This document shows positions 11,056 to 21,738 of a stretch of 64,000 bases of DNA, in pieces. The translations under genes and the position numbers were made by a program. The first letter of the stretch is position 1; every line of letters begins with the position of its first letter. The DNA comes from Phycisphaeraceae bacterium. Its GTDB lineage: Bacteria > Planctomycetota > Phycisphaerae > Phycisphaerales > Zrk34. The stretch lies in NCBI GenBank assembly GCA_040905565.1, contig JBBDRF010000012.1, positions 96,001 through 160,000 on the forward strand. The letters are read 5' to 3'. The notes under the pieces are model-generated. The model ran no database searches. It saw only the letters and a program-made list of their open reading frames with translations, and had not been told where the DNA came from.

Positions 11056-11174
11056 ACGCTACCCGCCTGCTGACCGAATCCATGCGAAGATCGCTGCCAT
11101 CGCCACGAACACTGCCCCCACTGCCGTCGCCAATCGCCGGGCCATTAGATGCTGCACGCTTCACTCCTCGTGAT

Positions 11175-12497
11175 TCAGACGATGTTGAACCGTTCGCTTC
11201 GCTGCCGGTGCTGCGGCACGCCCATTGCCGACAGCTCCGCATTGACCATGTCGAGCATGATGTCTGGTCCGCAGGCCATGTAACGCAAGCGTTTGATCTC
11301 GTGTTCGGGCAGGTGCCGCTGAAGGAGTTCGCGGGTCACGTAGCCGCGTTCGCCTTGCCATTGTTCGTCCGGGCGGTCGACGACGTACACGATGGTCAGG
11401 GCCGGTAGCAGCTGTTCCAGTTCCGTCAGTTCTTCGTGGCCGATGGCGCGGTCCAGCGTCGGCACGCCGTAGAAAAGGTAGTAGGGCGTCTGGTGGTCGG
11501 CGGTGTCGGCTTCGGTGCGGAGCATGCTGAGGAACGGCGTGATGCCGATGCCGCCGGCGATCATGACAGTCGGCTCGCGGCGGGGCAGCAGGAACTGCCC
11601 GTAGGGGCCCTCGAGGTAGGCGCGGGTTCCGATCGACGTCTTGCCGATGGTGCCTGTGAAGTCGCCGAGTTCCTTGATCGTTAAGCGGACACGCGTCGGC
11701 TCGGCGGCACTGGAGGAAAATGAAAACGGGTGCTGCTGGAGCGTCCAGGGCGTTGGCCCCAGCGTCAGCCATGCATACTGCCCAGCGTTGAACGGCATCC
11801 CGGCGTGACCTTCCGCTTCGAGCGTCAAACTCCAGCTCTCGCCGCGTTCGGGTTGCACGTCTGTCACGCGCCACGGCCGTCGACTCGTCTGCCAGGGTTT
11901 CACGATGCGGATGTAAATCAGCAAGCCCAACGCGGCGCCGACCCCGGCGATCCAGACCCCGCGTTTGAACGGCGTGGCCACGTAATGGCCCACCATGTTC
12001 ACGTGCGCCAACCCGATGAAGAGCACCAGTGCCGCAAGCAGGCCGTGCGTCAGTCGCCACCATTCATAGCTGAGCCCGAACGTTCGCCGGCGCAAGGAGA
12101 GGACCACGAGGGCGATCATCGCCACCAGCGCCATCACCAGCGCCAAGGCGCGTGGGGCGTTGACGCGTGGATCGAAAAACGCCCAGTAGCCGGGCCTCGC
12201 AGCCAGCAGCACAACAACATGGCCGATGACAAAGATGACCGCGATGATCCCCGCCTGGCGGTGGAACTGCAGGATCGTGTCGACGCCGAACGGTTTGCCG
12301 ACCTGCCAGAATCGGCCCGTGAGCAGAAACTGCACGCACATCAGCGCCAGCCCGAGGAAGCCGAGCGCCACCCCGAATTCGACGCCGAAGTATCGGCCTG
12401 CCGGCAGGGGCTCGGCCAACATCATCCACAGCGGTGCCATCACCACGACGATGTAGAGCAGCACCCAACGCACCGCATGTTTCACAATTGCGTTCAT
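11175..12497 (-). CDS. Ferric-reductase-like transmembrane domain plus FAD/NAD-binding oxidoreductase
   Basis: His pairs in TM helices (LQFHRQAG..GHV; RLTHG..LAHV); HPFSFSS, GPYG, AGGIGITPF, ACGP. Confidence 0.88.
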   Translation of the reverse strand: MNAIVKHAVRWVLLYIVVVMAPLWMMLAEPLPAGRYFGVEFGVALGFLGLALMCVQFLLTGRFWQVGKPFGVDTILQFHRQAGIIAVIFVIGHVVVLLAARPGYWAFFDPRVNAPRALALVMALVAMIALVVLSLRRRTFGLSYEWWRLTHGLLAALVLFIGLAHVNMVGHYVATPFKRGVWIAGVGAALGLLIYIRIVKPWQTSRRPWRVTDVQPERGESWSLTLEAEGHAGMPFNAGQYAWLTLGPTPWTLQQHPFSFSSSAAEPTRVRLTIKELGDFTGTIGKTSIGTRAYLEGPYGQFLLPRREPTVMIAGGIGITPFLSMLRTEADTADHQTPYYLFYGVPTLDRAIGHEELTELEQLLPALTIVYVVDRPDEQWQGERGYVTRELLQRHLPEHEIKRLRYMACGPDIMLDMVNAELSAMGVPQHRQRSERFNIV

Positions 12498-12602
12498 CGA
12501 CGCTCCGCCGGGGCGATATCAAGAAGCAGGTAGCAGAGGAAAGCCATCCCTGTGCAAGTTTAGTCTATCGCCGAAGCAGCGGCTTCCTGATCGCGGGCGT
12601 TA

Positions 12603-13448
12603 CTAGTCTTCGTCGCTCTCGGCCCAGGTGGGGAATTTACGTTTGCCGCCCAGCGCGTCCTCGCCTCCCGCAGCACCGGCGCGATGAACTCGCAAAACCG
12701 CCTCGGCGAACGGCACGTCCTCCGGCACCGTGATCTTGACGTTCATCGGGTCACCCATCACAGCGACCACCTGCTGCCCCATCGCCTCGACAAGCCCTGC
12801 GTCGTCGGTGATCTGATCGGTCGCAAGCGTTCCGTTGCTCACCTGCTGATAGGCGCGGCGCAGCAGGTCTGCTTTGAAAACCTGAGGCGTCTGCACCATC
12901 CACAGCCCCTCCCTCGGCACGGTCTGCATCACCTGCCAGGCTTCGATCTCCTCTTTGCCGGCTTCGCCGAGAATGGCGTCGAGTGGGTCGGCGGACTCGG
13001 CGGGAACCTCTGCTTTTTCGCCGAGCCGTTTGATCGTCGCCGTGACCGGGACGGCGGGAATGACAGCCTCAAATTTCATCGCGGCTGCGAAAACGCGCTT
13101 GATCATTTGTGCGTCGGCGACCGGTCTTGCCGCATCGTGCACGGCGATGTGCGTGGCCTCATCACTGACCGCATCGATCGCTTTCTGCACGGTTTCCCAT
13201 CGCTCGGCTCGGCCGCCGGCGACGACCTTGACGCCGAGGAACCCGAGCTGATCGCCCCATCGCAGCTTGAATGCATCGAGGCCATCCGGGTCCGCGGCGA
13301 TGATGACCTCGCTTACCTCCGGCCGTTTCGCGAAAAGATCAACTGCCCGCAGCAGCACCGCCCGGCCGGCGAGTTCAACCTCCAGTTTCGCCTGACCGCC
13401 GAAACGTCGACTCCGCCCCGCAGCCGGTAAAATTACCGCCACCCTCAT
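12603..13448 (-). CDS. ispD: 2-C-methyl-D-erythritol 4-phosphate cytidylyltransferase
   Basis: ILPAAGRSRRFG, VHDAARP, QTPQVF, TDDAGLVE, NVKITVPED. Alternative start at 13463. Confidence 0.88.
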   Translation of the reverse strand: MRVAVILPAAGRSRRFGGQAKLEVELAGRAVLLRAVDLFAKRPEVSEVIIAADPDGLDAFKLRWGDQLGFLGVKVVAGGRAERWETVQKAIDAVSDEATHIAVHDAARPVADAQMIKRVFAAAMKFEAVIPAVPVTATIKRLGEKAEVPAESADPLDAILGEAGKEEIEAWQVMQTVPREGLWMVQTPQVFKADLLRRAYQQVSNGTLATDQITDDAGLVEAMGQQVVAVMGDPMNVKITVPEDVPFAEAVLRVHRAGAAGGEDALGGKRKFPTWAESDED

Positions 13449-13480
13449 CGCATGCTCATCCATCTTGAATTCCGCTGGCT

Positions 13481-14581
13481 CTAGACCGCTTCCTGTTTCG
13501 TCCGAATGGCGTCCCACGCGCCGGTGACCTGGCCGAGCGGGATGTCGTCGCGCATCGTCACACTGCCCAGCCGCTCGGGGAGCACGAAGCGCACCTTGTT
13601 GCGGCTGACCTTTTTGTCCAGCGTCATCACGTGCAGCAGCCGTTCGGTCTCGGGCAGCTCAGCCCGCACCGGCAGCCCGATCGCCTCGAGCAGTGCAACC
13701 AGTTGCTCCAGCACCTCCGCGTCACACATGCCAAGATCGACCGCGAGCGTCGTCGCCGCCACCATGCCGAGGCTGACCGCTTCGCCGTGTTCGATCTCAC
13801 CGTAGCCGGTGGTCGCTTCGATGGCGTGAGCGAAGGTGTGCCCGAAGTTCAGGTGCGCCCGCACGCCGGCTTCTTTCTCATCTTCCATCACGACGGCTGC
13901 CTTGATGCGGACGTTCCGCTCAAGCAGTTCCACGAGCGTGGCCGGCTCGAGCGCTTCGATCTCCGCAAGGTTGTCGCGGATGAAGCTGAACAGCGACGCG
14001 TCGCGAATCACCCCATGTTTCACGCACTCGGCGAGCCCACACCGCAGTTCACGTGGCGGCAACGTCGCCAGCGTCAGCGGATCGATCAGCACCGCATGCG
14101 GCTGATAGAACGCCCCGATCAGGTTCTTACCCTGAACGACGTTCACGCCGACTTTTCCGCCCACGCTGGCGTCGACCATGGCGAGCAAACTGGTGGGCAC
14201 CTGGATGAACGGCACGCCTCGGAGATACGTCGCCGCTGCGAAGCCGACGGTATCACCGGTGATGCCGCCGCCGAGTGCGATCACCGGCGAGCGCCTCTCC
14301 AACTTGTCATGCAGCATCACTTCGTAGAGTGCCTGCACGGCGTCGAGCGATTTGTGCTGCTCGCCCCCTTCAAGCACAGCGGAACTCACGCGGTAGTCGG
14401 CGGCGTTCAGAGAACGCAGCGCCCGGTCGCCGTAGATCTGGCTGACCGTCGCATCGGCCATCAGGGCGCAGCGATCGTGCGGCGCCAACTCATGGACAAC
14501 GGAACCCAATCGATCCAGCAGGTTCGGCTCGATGATGATGTCGTAACGATGGTGGGGCAATTCAACGGGAACAACAGCCAT
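13481..14581 (-). CDS. aroB: 3-dehydroquinate synthase
   Basis: GEQHKS, ALGGGITGD, DASVGGKVGVN, GKNLIGAFYQP, LNFGHTFAHAIE, HGEAV. Confidence 0.95.
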   Translation of the reverse strand: MAVVPVELPHHRYDIIIEPNLLDRLGSVVHELAPHDRCALMADATVSQIYGDRALRSLNAADYRVSSAVLEGGEQHKSLDAVQALYEVMLHDKLERRSPVIALGGGITGDTVGFAAATYLRGVPFIQVPTSLLAMVDASVGGKVGVNVVQGKNLIGAFYQPHAVLIDPLTLATLPPRELRCGLAECVKHGVIRDASLFSFIRDNLAEIEALEPATLVELLERNVRIKAAVVMEDEKEAGVRAHLNFGHTFAHAIEATTGYGEIEHGEAVSLGMVAATTLAVDLGMCDAEVLEQLVALLEAIGLPVRAELPETERLLHVMTLDKKVSRNKVRFVLPERLGSVTMRDDIPLGQVTGAWDAIRTKQEAV

Positions 14582-14584
14582 TGG

Positions 14585-15396
14585 TCAGTCCTGATCCTCT
14601 TCGCGGTGTCGGCGTTTAAGCGTATCCAGCGCGTCAACGGGGTCCTCGGGGAGGTACGATTGCTCGACCACTTCGTCAAGCTCGTCCACGTCCTCCTGCT
14701 GGCGAAGGCGACGTTTCTCCGCGAGGTAGGCCGTCGTCCGTTTCGCCTGCGCCGACGACCGATTGAGCAGCCATATGCGCCAGAAGAGCAGAATCATACC
14801 AATAATGATCAAGACCAGCAGCATCACGGCGAACCCCATGCTGATGCCCGTCGCCGGCCGCTCCCCCATCCACGCAACCTCTCGCCCGACAAAGCTGAGA
14901 TACGGTCGGCTGCCTTCGCCTTCCCTCGGAGCGTAACGCACGATCTTGTGGAACCGCGCCACCAGCCGAACGGGCTGGTTGTACCGCACCGCATCAGGCG
15001 GATCCACGAGGTAAACGATGACCATCTCGTCGGCGGTCGGTTTGTAATCGTCCGCACCGTCGTCGATACGCAGGATGACGCCGCGCACCTGCTCCCAGCC
15101 TGAACGCGCCCAGCCATGCTCGGGCAGCATCCCGAGCGCACGCCCTTCAATCAGCGTTAACTGCCCACGATGCCCAGCCGGATCGTCCCGCATGGCGTGA
15201 AAATCAGGCACAATCGCGCCAGCCGTCTCACCCGACGGCCACTGCTCTGCATTTTCCAGCAGCGCGTAAAAGGCTGCTTCGTTGACCGTTGTCGCGCCGT
15301 CCTGCGCGCTCTCCAGTCGCACCTCCTGGGACGTATCCAGTGGCGGGATAGCCGCTAACAGCAACGTTGCCGCGATGGTTTGGATCCAGCTCATCA
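14585..15396 (-). CDS. Hypothetical exported protein with C-terminal TM helix and charged tail
   Basis: Signal-like N-terminus; TM (GFAVMLLVLIIIGMILLFW); ends 3 bp before the aroB start. Start is uncertain. Confidence 0.65.
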
Positions 15397-15583
15397 TCTC
15401 AATGATAGTCGCCAATCATCCTCGATGCGGGAAGGAACGCGCCTGACGATCGGCGCATGGCGAAAAACCTTTGTCCAGGCCCATTTTGTATTGTAGATTG
15501 AGGTGTGGCGAACCTTCCAGCCGGAGGGTTTCTCCAAGGTGCTGTTAGCTTTCAGCACCGTTCAAAATGAAGAGGAGATCAAA

Positions 15584-16297
15584 GTGAGAATCACTGTCTT
15601 TGCGCTTGGGTTCTGCATTTTCGCGACGGCGCTGACGGGTCAGTTGCACGCCGGCGTGATCGTCGGCACCGAAAACTGGTCCGGCTCGCGGACAATCAAC
15701 GCCGACGGCACCGGCATCGGCATCACCGAAAACTTTCACTATCCCATCGCGTCCATGGCGCCCGCCATCCACTGGGATATCAGCTACGACACAAGCACCC
15801 AACGTTACACCTACGCCTACTCGTTTACCTACGGCGGCAGCGCCCTCCAGCCCAGCCACTTCATCGTGCAGCTGAGCGAGGACTACCAGCCGAACGACCA
15901 GAACTTCGCCTTCGTCCAAGCTCCCGAAAGCTGGACGGCCGGCGTTTTCTCCGCCGAGCAAGGCAGCGCCGATGTCACCATGCCCAACCCGATTCACGGC
16001 GTAAAGCTCGACGCAGAATCGTCAACCTACACAATCGTCAGCGAACGCGGTCCCGTGTGGGGCGACTTCTTCTGGAAGAAGGGCAGCGGCGCCCGAGCAC
16101 AGGACGGATGGAACATGGGACTGGAATCCGGGATCTTCCCGGAGGAAACCATGACCGATTTCACCGACTGGATTCCCGTCCCTAACTCGCACACCGGGAA
16201 CACCAATCTGATTGTGTTGCCCACCCCCGCAGCCGCTCCGTTGGGCCTGATGCTGCTCGGCGGGCTGATGATGCGGCGAAAACGAATCGCTGCGTAA
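15584..16297 (+). CDS. Secreted protein with PEP-CTERM-like (PTPAA) sorting signal
   Basis: AGGAGA RBS before GTG 15584; signal peptide; C-terminus VLPTPAAAPLGLMLLGGLMMRRKR. Confidence 0.8.
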   Translation: MRITVFALGFCIFATALTGQLHAGVIVGTENWSGSRTINADGTGIGITENFHYPIASMAPAIHWDISYDTSTQRYTYAYSFTYGGSALQPSHFIVQLSEDYQPNDQNFAFVQAPESWTAGVFSAEQGSADVTMPNPIHGVKLDAESSTYTIVSERGPVWGDFFWKKGSGARAQDGWNMGLESGIFPEETMTDFTDWIPVPNSHTGNTNLIVLPTPAAAPLGLMLLGGLMMRRKRIAA

Positions 16298-16325
16298 TTC
16301 CTCCGCCACGATGCCTCCTTCTAGC

Positions 16326-16364
16326 ACACCCGTCCGGCGCACAGACGCAGGGCGGGTGTTTCTT
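16326..16364 (+). terminator. Possible intrinsic terminator
   Basis: ACACCCGTCC ... GGGCGGGTGT stem followed by TTCTT, downstream of the 16297 stop. Confidence 0.45.
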
Positions 16365-16478
16365 GTGCCGTCGTGCTCAAAAGTATCTTCGCGTTGACTG
16401 TCGCATTCTTCATCACACAGCCGCCACAACCCGCACCGGCTCCCATAGGATGTAAAAACCCTGAAGGAGCTTGCACTG

Positions 16479-17648
16479 ATGTTCACGCGCGCCTTTGAAC
16501 TGTTCAAAATGTTCGGCATTCCGATCCGGATCGACCTCAGCTGGTTCATCATCGCCATCCTCGTCACCTGGTCGCTCGCGGTCAGCCTGTTCCCGCAGCT
16601 CGCCGCTGATATCTACCCCGAGGTCGCTGAGCAGCTGACACCCACCGCCTACTGGACCATGGGCGTGCTCGGCGCGCTCGGGCTCTTCGCTTCCGTTCTC
16701 CTGCACGAACTCGGTCACGCACTCGAAGCCCGACGCCACGGCGTCGAAATGCGCGCCATCACACTCTTTATCTTCGGCGGCGTCGCGGAGATGGGCAGCG
16801 AACCACCCACCGCCAAGGCCGAATTCCTCGTCGCCATTGCCGGCCCCGCCGTCAGCCTCATCCTCGCCGTGCTGTTCATCGGCACCTCGGGCCTTATTCC
16901 GCTGCCCGAAACGGTCACGCTCGTCGTCGGCTACCTCGGGCTGATCAACCTGCTGCTGCTCGTGTTCAACCTGATCCCGGCGTTTCCGCTCGACGGCGGA
17001 CGCGTACTCCGGGCAGCACTCTGGCACTACAAGGGTGACCTGCGATGGGCGACGCGCATCACCTCCAGCATCGGCTCGGGGTTCGGCCTGTTCCTCATCA
17101 TCATCGGCGTCTTTGCCTTCATCCAAGGGCTTTTCGTGCAGGGGATGTGGTACTTCCTGATCGGTCTGTTCCTGCGGGCTGCAGCGAACATGTCCTATCA
17201 GCAGCTGTTGATGCGGCGGGCGCTGGAGGGCGAGCCCGTCGAACGTTTCATGCACCGCGAGCCCCGCACCGTCCCCAGCGATACCACACTGCAGAACCTC
17301 GTCGACGACTACCTCTATCGCTACAACCACAAAATGTTTCCCGTCCAGGACAACGGCAACCTGCGCGGTTGCGTCACGCTCAACCAGATCAAGGAAATGC
17401 CCCGCGAGGAGTGGTCACAGCACACCGTCAGCGAAATCGCCCAGCAGTGCGGCCCCGACAACACGATCTCCCCCGACGCCGACGCCATGGAGGCACTGTC
17501 GAAAATGAGCCAGACCGGTGCCTCACGGCTGCTGGTGGTCGACCGCGAGGGCAAGCTGCAAGGGATCCTCGCCCTGAAGGATCTGATGGGCTTCATCTCC
17601 ATGAAGGTAGAACTCGAGGACGAAAGCCGCACGGCCACGACGCGGTAA
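16479..17648 (+). CDS. Site-2 protease (M50) with tandem CBS domains
   Basis: HELGH, FNLIPAFPLDGGR, C-terminal CBS pair; AAGGAG RBS. Confidence 0.93.
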   Translation: MFTRAFELFKMFGIPIRIDLSWFIIAILVTWSLAVSLFPQLAADIYPEVAEQLTPTAYWTMGVLGALGLFASVLLHELGHALEARRHGVEMRAITLFIFGGVAEMGSEPPTAKAEFLVAIAGPAVSLILAVLFIGTSGLIPLPETVTLVVGYLGLINLLLLVFNLIPAFPLDGGRVLRAALWHYKGDLRWATRITSSIGSGFGLFLIIIGVFAFIQGLFVQGMWYFLIGLFLRAAANMSYQQLLMRRALEGEPVERFMHREPRTVPSDTTLQNLVDDYLYRYNHKMFPVQDNGNLRGCVTLNQIKEMPREEWSQHTVSEIAQQCGPDNTISPDADAMEALSKMSQTGASRLLVVDREGKLQGILALKDLMGFISMKVELEDESRTATTR

Positions 17649-17740
17649 CAAAAAAACTGCCGACCTGATCACAGCCGCTAAAGTCCGCCCTGTTTCACAC
17701 CGATGAAACAAGCGACGCGGGCCAGTGGAGGAGATCCGTC

Positions 17741-18367
17741 ATGCGATTGCTGGTCGACATTCTTATCGTAACCATGCTCATCAGTGCGCTGGTGACCATC
17801 GTCATCTATCAAAAGTCCGCCCGGCACCAGGTGGACCGCATCGAGGCGGTGCAGCGCGCGGTGCAGGCGATCGAAAGCGAATCGCTTTACCGGGCTGCGC
17901 TCGGCGAAGTTGACGCCACGCCGCGCGGCTATGCGCGTGTGCTGCGAGCTGCCTGGTTCGAGCGTCAACCGCACAACCTGCTCATCGACGAAGATGACCA
18001 GCCCAGCCCCATGTGGGTCGAGCAGATCAACGACCAGATCTACCGCAACATGGCCAACCCCAGGCAGATCGTCGCCGACGCTGATCATCCGCCGTTCTGG
18101 TACAACCCGTTCCGCGGCGTGGTGCGCGCCCGCGTGCCGATGCAGTTCTCACAGCAGGGCACGGTCGAGCTTTACAACATCATCAACGGGACCGATCTGT
18201 ACACGCATCAGGTGAGTTGGCCTCGGGATAACGCCCGCTCAGCCTCCGCCATGCCCGCACTCGCAGGCGGAGAGAATGCCGAGGCGACAACCGAGCCCGA
18301 TCCCCTGCGCCGGACGCCCCTGCTGCCCCGGCCGCAGGACTTGCGAAAAACGGCGCCGCTGAACTGA
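17741..18367 (+). CDS. Hypothetical protein with N-terminal TM helix (pilin-like architecture possible)
   Basis: GGAGGAG RBS; single N-terminal hydrophobic helix; converges on rnr. Confidence 0.65.
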   Translation: MRLLVDILIVTMLISALVTIVIYQKSARHQVDRIEAVQRAVQAIESESLYRAALGEVDATPRGYARVLRAAWFERQPHNLLIDEDDQPSPMWVEQINDQIYRNMANPRQIVADADHPPFWYNPFRGVVRARVPMQFSQQGTVELYNIINGTDLYTHQVSWPRDNARSASAMPALAGGENAEATTEPDPLRRTPLLPRPQDLRKTAPLN

Positions 18368-18380
18368 TAGAAGCAATACC

Positions 18381-20762
18381 TTAGCGGCGGCGTGATTTTT
18401 TCTGGCCACCCTTTGCTCTGCTGCTGCCGCGCTTGGATTGCGACTTCTGAGCCGCGTTCTTCGCCAGCTCATGGCGGGGGCGTTTGTTGCCTGTCGTCGT
18501 CTTCTTTTTCGAGAGGTTCATCGCCGACCGAATATGGTCGGTGATGGTCAGGTCCATCTCGCGGCGGACCAGATTCACCTTGTTAATCTGCACCTTGAAC
18601 TGATCGCCGAGCGTGATGGAGCGGCCCGACCGCTGGGCCATGAGCGAACCGGTGTACTTGTTGAGCTCCCAACGCTCAGCCGGTCCGCCGGGCAGGTCGG
18701 GCGTGCGGATCATGCCTTCGACAAGGTACTTATCGATCTGGATAAACACCCCGAAGCCGGTGACGCCGGTGACGGTGCCGGGGAACTCTTCGCCCACGTG
18801 GCCCTCAAGAAGCTGCATCACCAGGAACTTGCGAAGCTGCCGTTCGGCAGCCTCAGCGTTGCGTTCGGTGGTCGAACAGTGGTTGCCCATCTCGACGAGT
18901 TGCTCTTCGCTCAGCACCCGATCGTCGTGTTTGATCTTATTTGCCAGGCTTTTGCGAGCCTTTGCGTCACTGGGGATGTGGCCCTGTTCGCCGAGGTGTT
19001 CCATCAGCGCATCCATCGCCCGGTGAACCATGAGGTCGGGGTATCGACGGATGGGGCTGGTGAAGTGCGTGTAATCCCCCGAGGCCAGCGCGAAGTGGCC
19101 GATGAGGTTCGGCGAATACTCCGCTTTCGTCAGCGTCTTGAGCACCGCGAAGTGAACCGCCCGGGACGCGGGCTTGCCACGGACCGATTCCAGAAGTCCC
19201 TGCAATTGCTTGCGATCGGGATTCTCCGGCAGGTCGTAACCAGCCACCTTCGCGAAGATGCGGAGGTCCGCGATGTCATGAGCGCCGGGGTCGGGGTGCG
19301 TCCGCCGAATCAGCGGAATCTTCAGGTCAGCGAAGACGCGTGCCACGGCTTCGTTGGCTTCGACCATGAACATCTCGATGACGCGGTGCGTGAAGGCGTC
19401 GTCCTCGGGGTGGGCGTCGCAGACCCGGCCGGTCTTGTCGTACTCAAGCTCAACTTCAGGCAGGTCGAGCACAATCATGCCATCATTTAGCCGTCGTTTC
19501 CGGATGTTACGGGCGAGACTGTCGAACTGACGCAGCGTTTCCGTGAGTTTCTCGGTGTACGGCGCGTCGGTCTTCGCGTGCTTGCGGGCCTCTTCGGTGT
19601 TGCCGTCGATCAGGGCCTGCGCTTCAAGGTAGGTCAGCCGATGGGCGGACTGGATAACGCTGGAGCAGAAGCGGGTGCCGATGGGCTTGGCGTTTTCGTC
19701 GTAGGTGACATAGGCGGAACGCGCGAGCCTCGGCACGCCCGGTTGAAGGCTGCACACGCCGTTGGAAAGCACCTCAGGCAGCATCGGAATCACGCGCCGG
19801 GGCAGGTAGCAACTGGTGCCGCGTTCGTAGGCTTCTTTATCCAGATGCGAACCGGGCGTGACGAAGAAGGCGACGTCGGCGATGTGGACGCCCAGTTCCA
19901 CGCCGTTTTTCGTCTGGCTGATGCTGATCGCATCGTCAAAATCCTGCGCATCAGGCGGGTCGATCGTAATCAGGTAATCGTTGCGAAGGTCGGTCCGCTT
20001 TTTGTAAGCAGCGTCGTCCTCATCGAGATCGTTGTATCGGCTGACCGCTTCTCGCGCCTGGTCGACGGCTTCGTCGGGGAACGCTTCGGGGAGATCGAAC
20101 GCACGGCAGATGGCGTCGGTCTCGACCTCGGGCTCACCCGATCGCCCGAGCACTTCGGTAATCACGCCCTCCGCAGCGACGTCCTTCCGGGGGAAGGTGG
20201 TGATTTCGACGACGACCTTTTCGCCGAGCTCCGCATGCTTCGCGATATCGCGGATGAGGATGACTTCTTTCAGCATCGTGCCGTCGGGCGTGATGAAGTA
20301 CGTCGAGCCGTCTTTTTCGAGCGTGCCGACGAACTTGGTGTTGGCCCGGCGGACGATATCGACGATTTTGCCGGTGAACGGCGATTTGCCTGCGGGCCCG
20401 CGTCGGCCGCTGTGGACGACTTCTGCGCGCACGATGTCGCCGGTTAGCGCGCCGCCGGTCTTGCCCTGCGGGACGAACAGGTCGCCGTGGGCGTTGCGTT
20501 CGTCGGGCATGATGAAGCCGAAGCCGCGCTCGTGGAGTTTGAATCGTCCGACGACTTCGGGGCCCATCGGAGGCAGCGCGAGGGTGTCGGAAGCGCCGAC
20601 CACCACGTGCCCGGCTTCGACGAGCTGCTCGACCGCCTCGCGGAATTCGGGCTGCTCATCTGTGGGAACACCAAGCTCCTCAGCGATGTCGATGATCTGC
20701 TGGGGCGCATAGTTGCGGTGGGAAACGTGGGCCAGAATGCGGGGTTTAAAACGTTCAGCCAT
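18381..20762 (-). CDS. rnr: Ribonuclease R
   Basis: Cold-shock domains (GFGFI), RNB domain TIDPPDAQDFDDAIS and HFTSPIRRYPDL, S1 domain, basic C-terminal tail. Confidence 0.95.
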   Translation of the reverse strand: MAERFKPRILAHVSHRNYAPQQIIDIAEELGVPTDEQPEFREAVEQLVEAGHVVVGASDTLALPPMGPEVVGRFKLHERGFGFIMPDERNAHGDLFVPQGKTGGALTGDIVRAEVVHSGRRGPAGKSPFTGKIVDIVRRANTKFVGTLEKDGSTYFITPDGTMLKEVILIRDIAKHAELGEKVVVEITTFPRKDVAAEGVITEVLGRSGEPEVETDAICRAFDLPEAFPDEAVDQAREAVSRYNDLDEDDAAYKKRTDLRNDYLITIDPPDAQDFDDAISISQTKNGVELGVHIADVAFFVTPGSHLDKEAYERGTSCYLPRRVIPMLPEVLSNGVCSLQPGVPRLARSAYVTYDENAKPIGTRFCSSVIQSAHRLTYLEAQALIDGNTEEARKHAKTDAPYTEKLTETLRQFDSLARNIRKRRLNDGMIVLDLPEVELEYDKTGRVCDAHPEDDAFTHRVIEMFMVEANEAVARVFADLKIPLIRRTHPDPGAHDIADLRIFAKVAGYDLPENPDRKQLQGLLESVRGKPASRAVHFAVLKTLTKAEYSPNLIGHFALASGDYTHFTSPIRRYPDLMVHRAMDALMEHLGEQGHIPSDAKARKSLANKIKHDDRVLSEEQLVEMGNHCSTTERNAEAAERQLRKFLVMQLLEGHVGEEFPGTVTGVTGFGVFIQIDKYLVEGMIRTPDLPGGPAERWELNKYTGSLMAQRSGRSITLGDQFKVQINKVNLVRREMDLTITDHIRSAMNLSKKKTTTGNKRPRHELAKNAAQKSQSKRGSSRAKGGQKKSRRR

Positions 20763-20851
20763 GGAAACAATCGCTCATTGTGAAGAGAATCAAAGGTCTA
20801 TTATAGGGCTATCGGCTCAAGAGGAAGCTCATTGCCACTAAGGAAGTTTAA

Positions 20852-21571
20852 ATGATTATCCATCGCCTCGCCCACGAACGCGGCCGCACCGAGCTCGACT
20901 GGCTCGATTCGCGTCACTCCTTCGCCTTCGGCGCGTACCACGATCCGGCATGGCGAGGCTTCGGCCCGCTGCGTGTGATCAACGATGACCACATCAAACC
21001 CGGGGCGGGGTTCGGCATGCATCGCCATCGTGATATGGAGATTATCTCCTGGGTCGTCGACGGCAAGCTGGCGCACCGGGACTCGCTCGACCACGAAGGC
21101 CTGATCGAACACGGCATGGCGCAGGTGATGACCGCCGGCCGAGGCATCCGGCACAGCGAGTTCAACCCGGAACCGGAGAAGCCGGTTCACCTTCTTCAGA
21201 TCTGGATCAAGCCGAGGCAGCGCGGGCTGGAGCCGAAGTACGCCGACCGACAGTCCGACCCTGCCGACCGTCGCGATCGCTTCGACATCATCGCTTCGCC
21301 CGACGGCCGGGCCAATTCGCTTACCATTCAGCAGGACGCACTGGTTCACGTGGCCGACCTCTCGCCCGGAGCAACCATCGACTACACCTTCGCCCCCGAC
21401 CGCCTCGGCTGGATCCAGATCGCCCAGGGCCAAGCCCGACTCAACACCAGCCTCGCCCTCGAAGAAGGCGACGCCGCCGCCCTGCGTCACGAAACCCAAA
21501 TCAGCCTGCACAACCCAGGCTCCAGCCCCACCCAACTGATCCTCTTCGACCTCCCCCCCGACAGCGTCTGA
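20852..21571 (+). CDS. Pirin family protein (YhhW-like)
   Basis: WLDSRHSFAFG, LRVINDD, GFGMHRHRDMEI, MTAGRGIRHSE, LLQIW. Confidence 0.93.
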   Translation: MIIHRLAHERGRTELDWLDSRHSFAFGAYHDPAWRGFGPLRVINDDHIKPGAGFGMHRHRDMEIISWVVDGKLAHRDSLDHEGLIEHGMAQVMTAGRGIRHSEFNPEPEKPVHLLQIWIKPRQRGLEPKYADRQSDPADRRDRFDIIASPDGRANSLTIQQDALVHVADLSPGATIDYTFAPDRLGWIQIAQGQARLNTSLALEEGDAAALRHETQISLHNPGSSPTQLILFDLPPDSV

Positions 21572-21738
21572 CAAAGCGTCACGCACGCGAGTAAGCGGTC
21601 GGATCACCCCCCGGCGACGAAGTCCCCGCCGGACACCAACAATTTCAACGAGATGCTACGCTCCGTAAGGAGTGCCGACCTTCAAGCAGCAAGGTTTTTA
21701 TGAAGCACGCCGCGAAAGCGGATGATTGAGAGAGAGCA

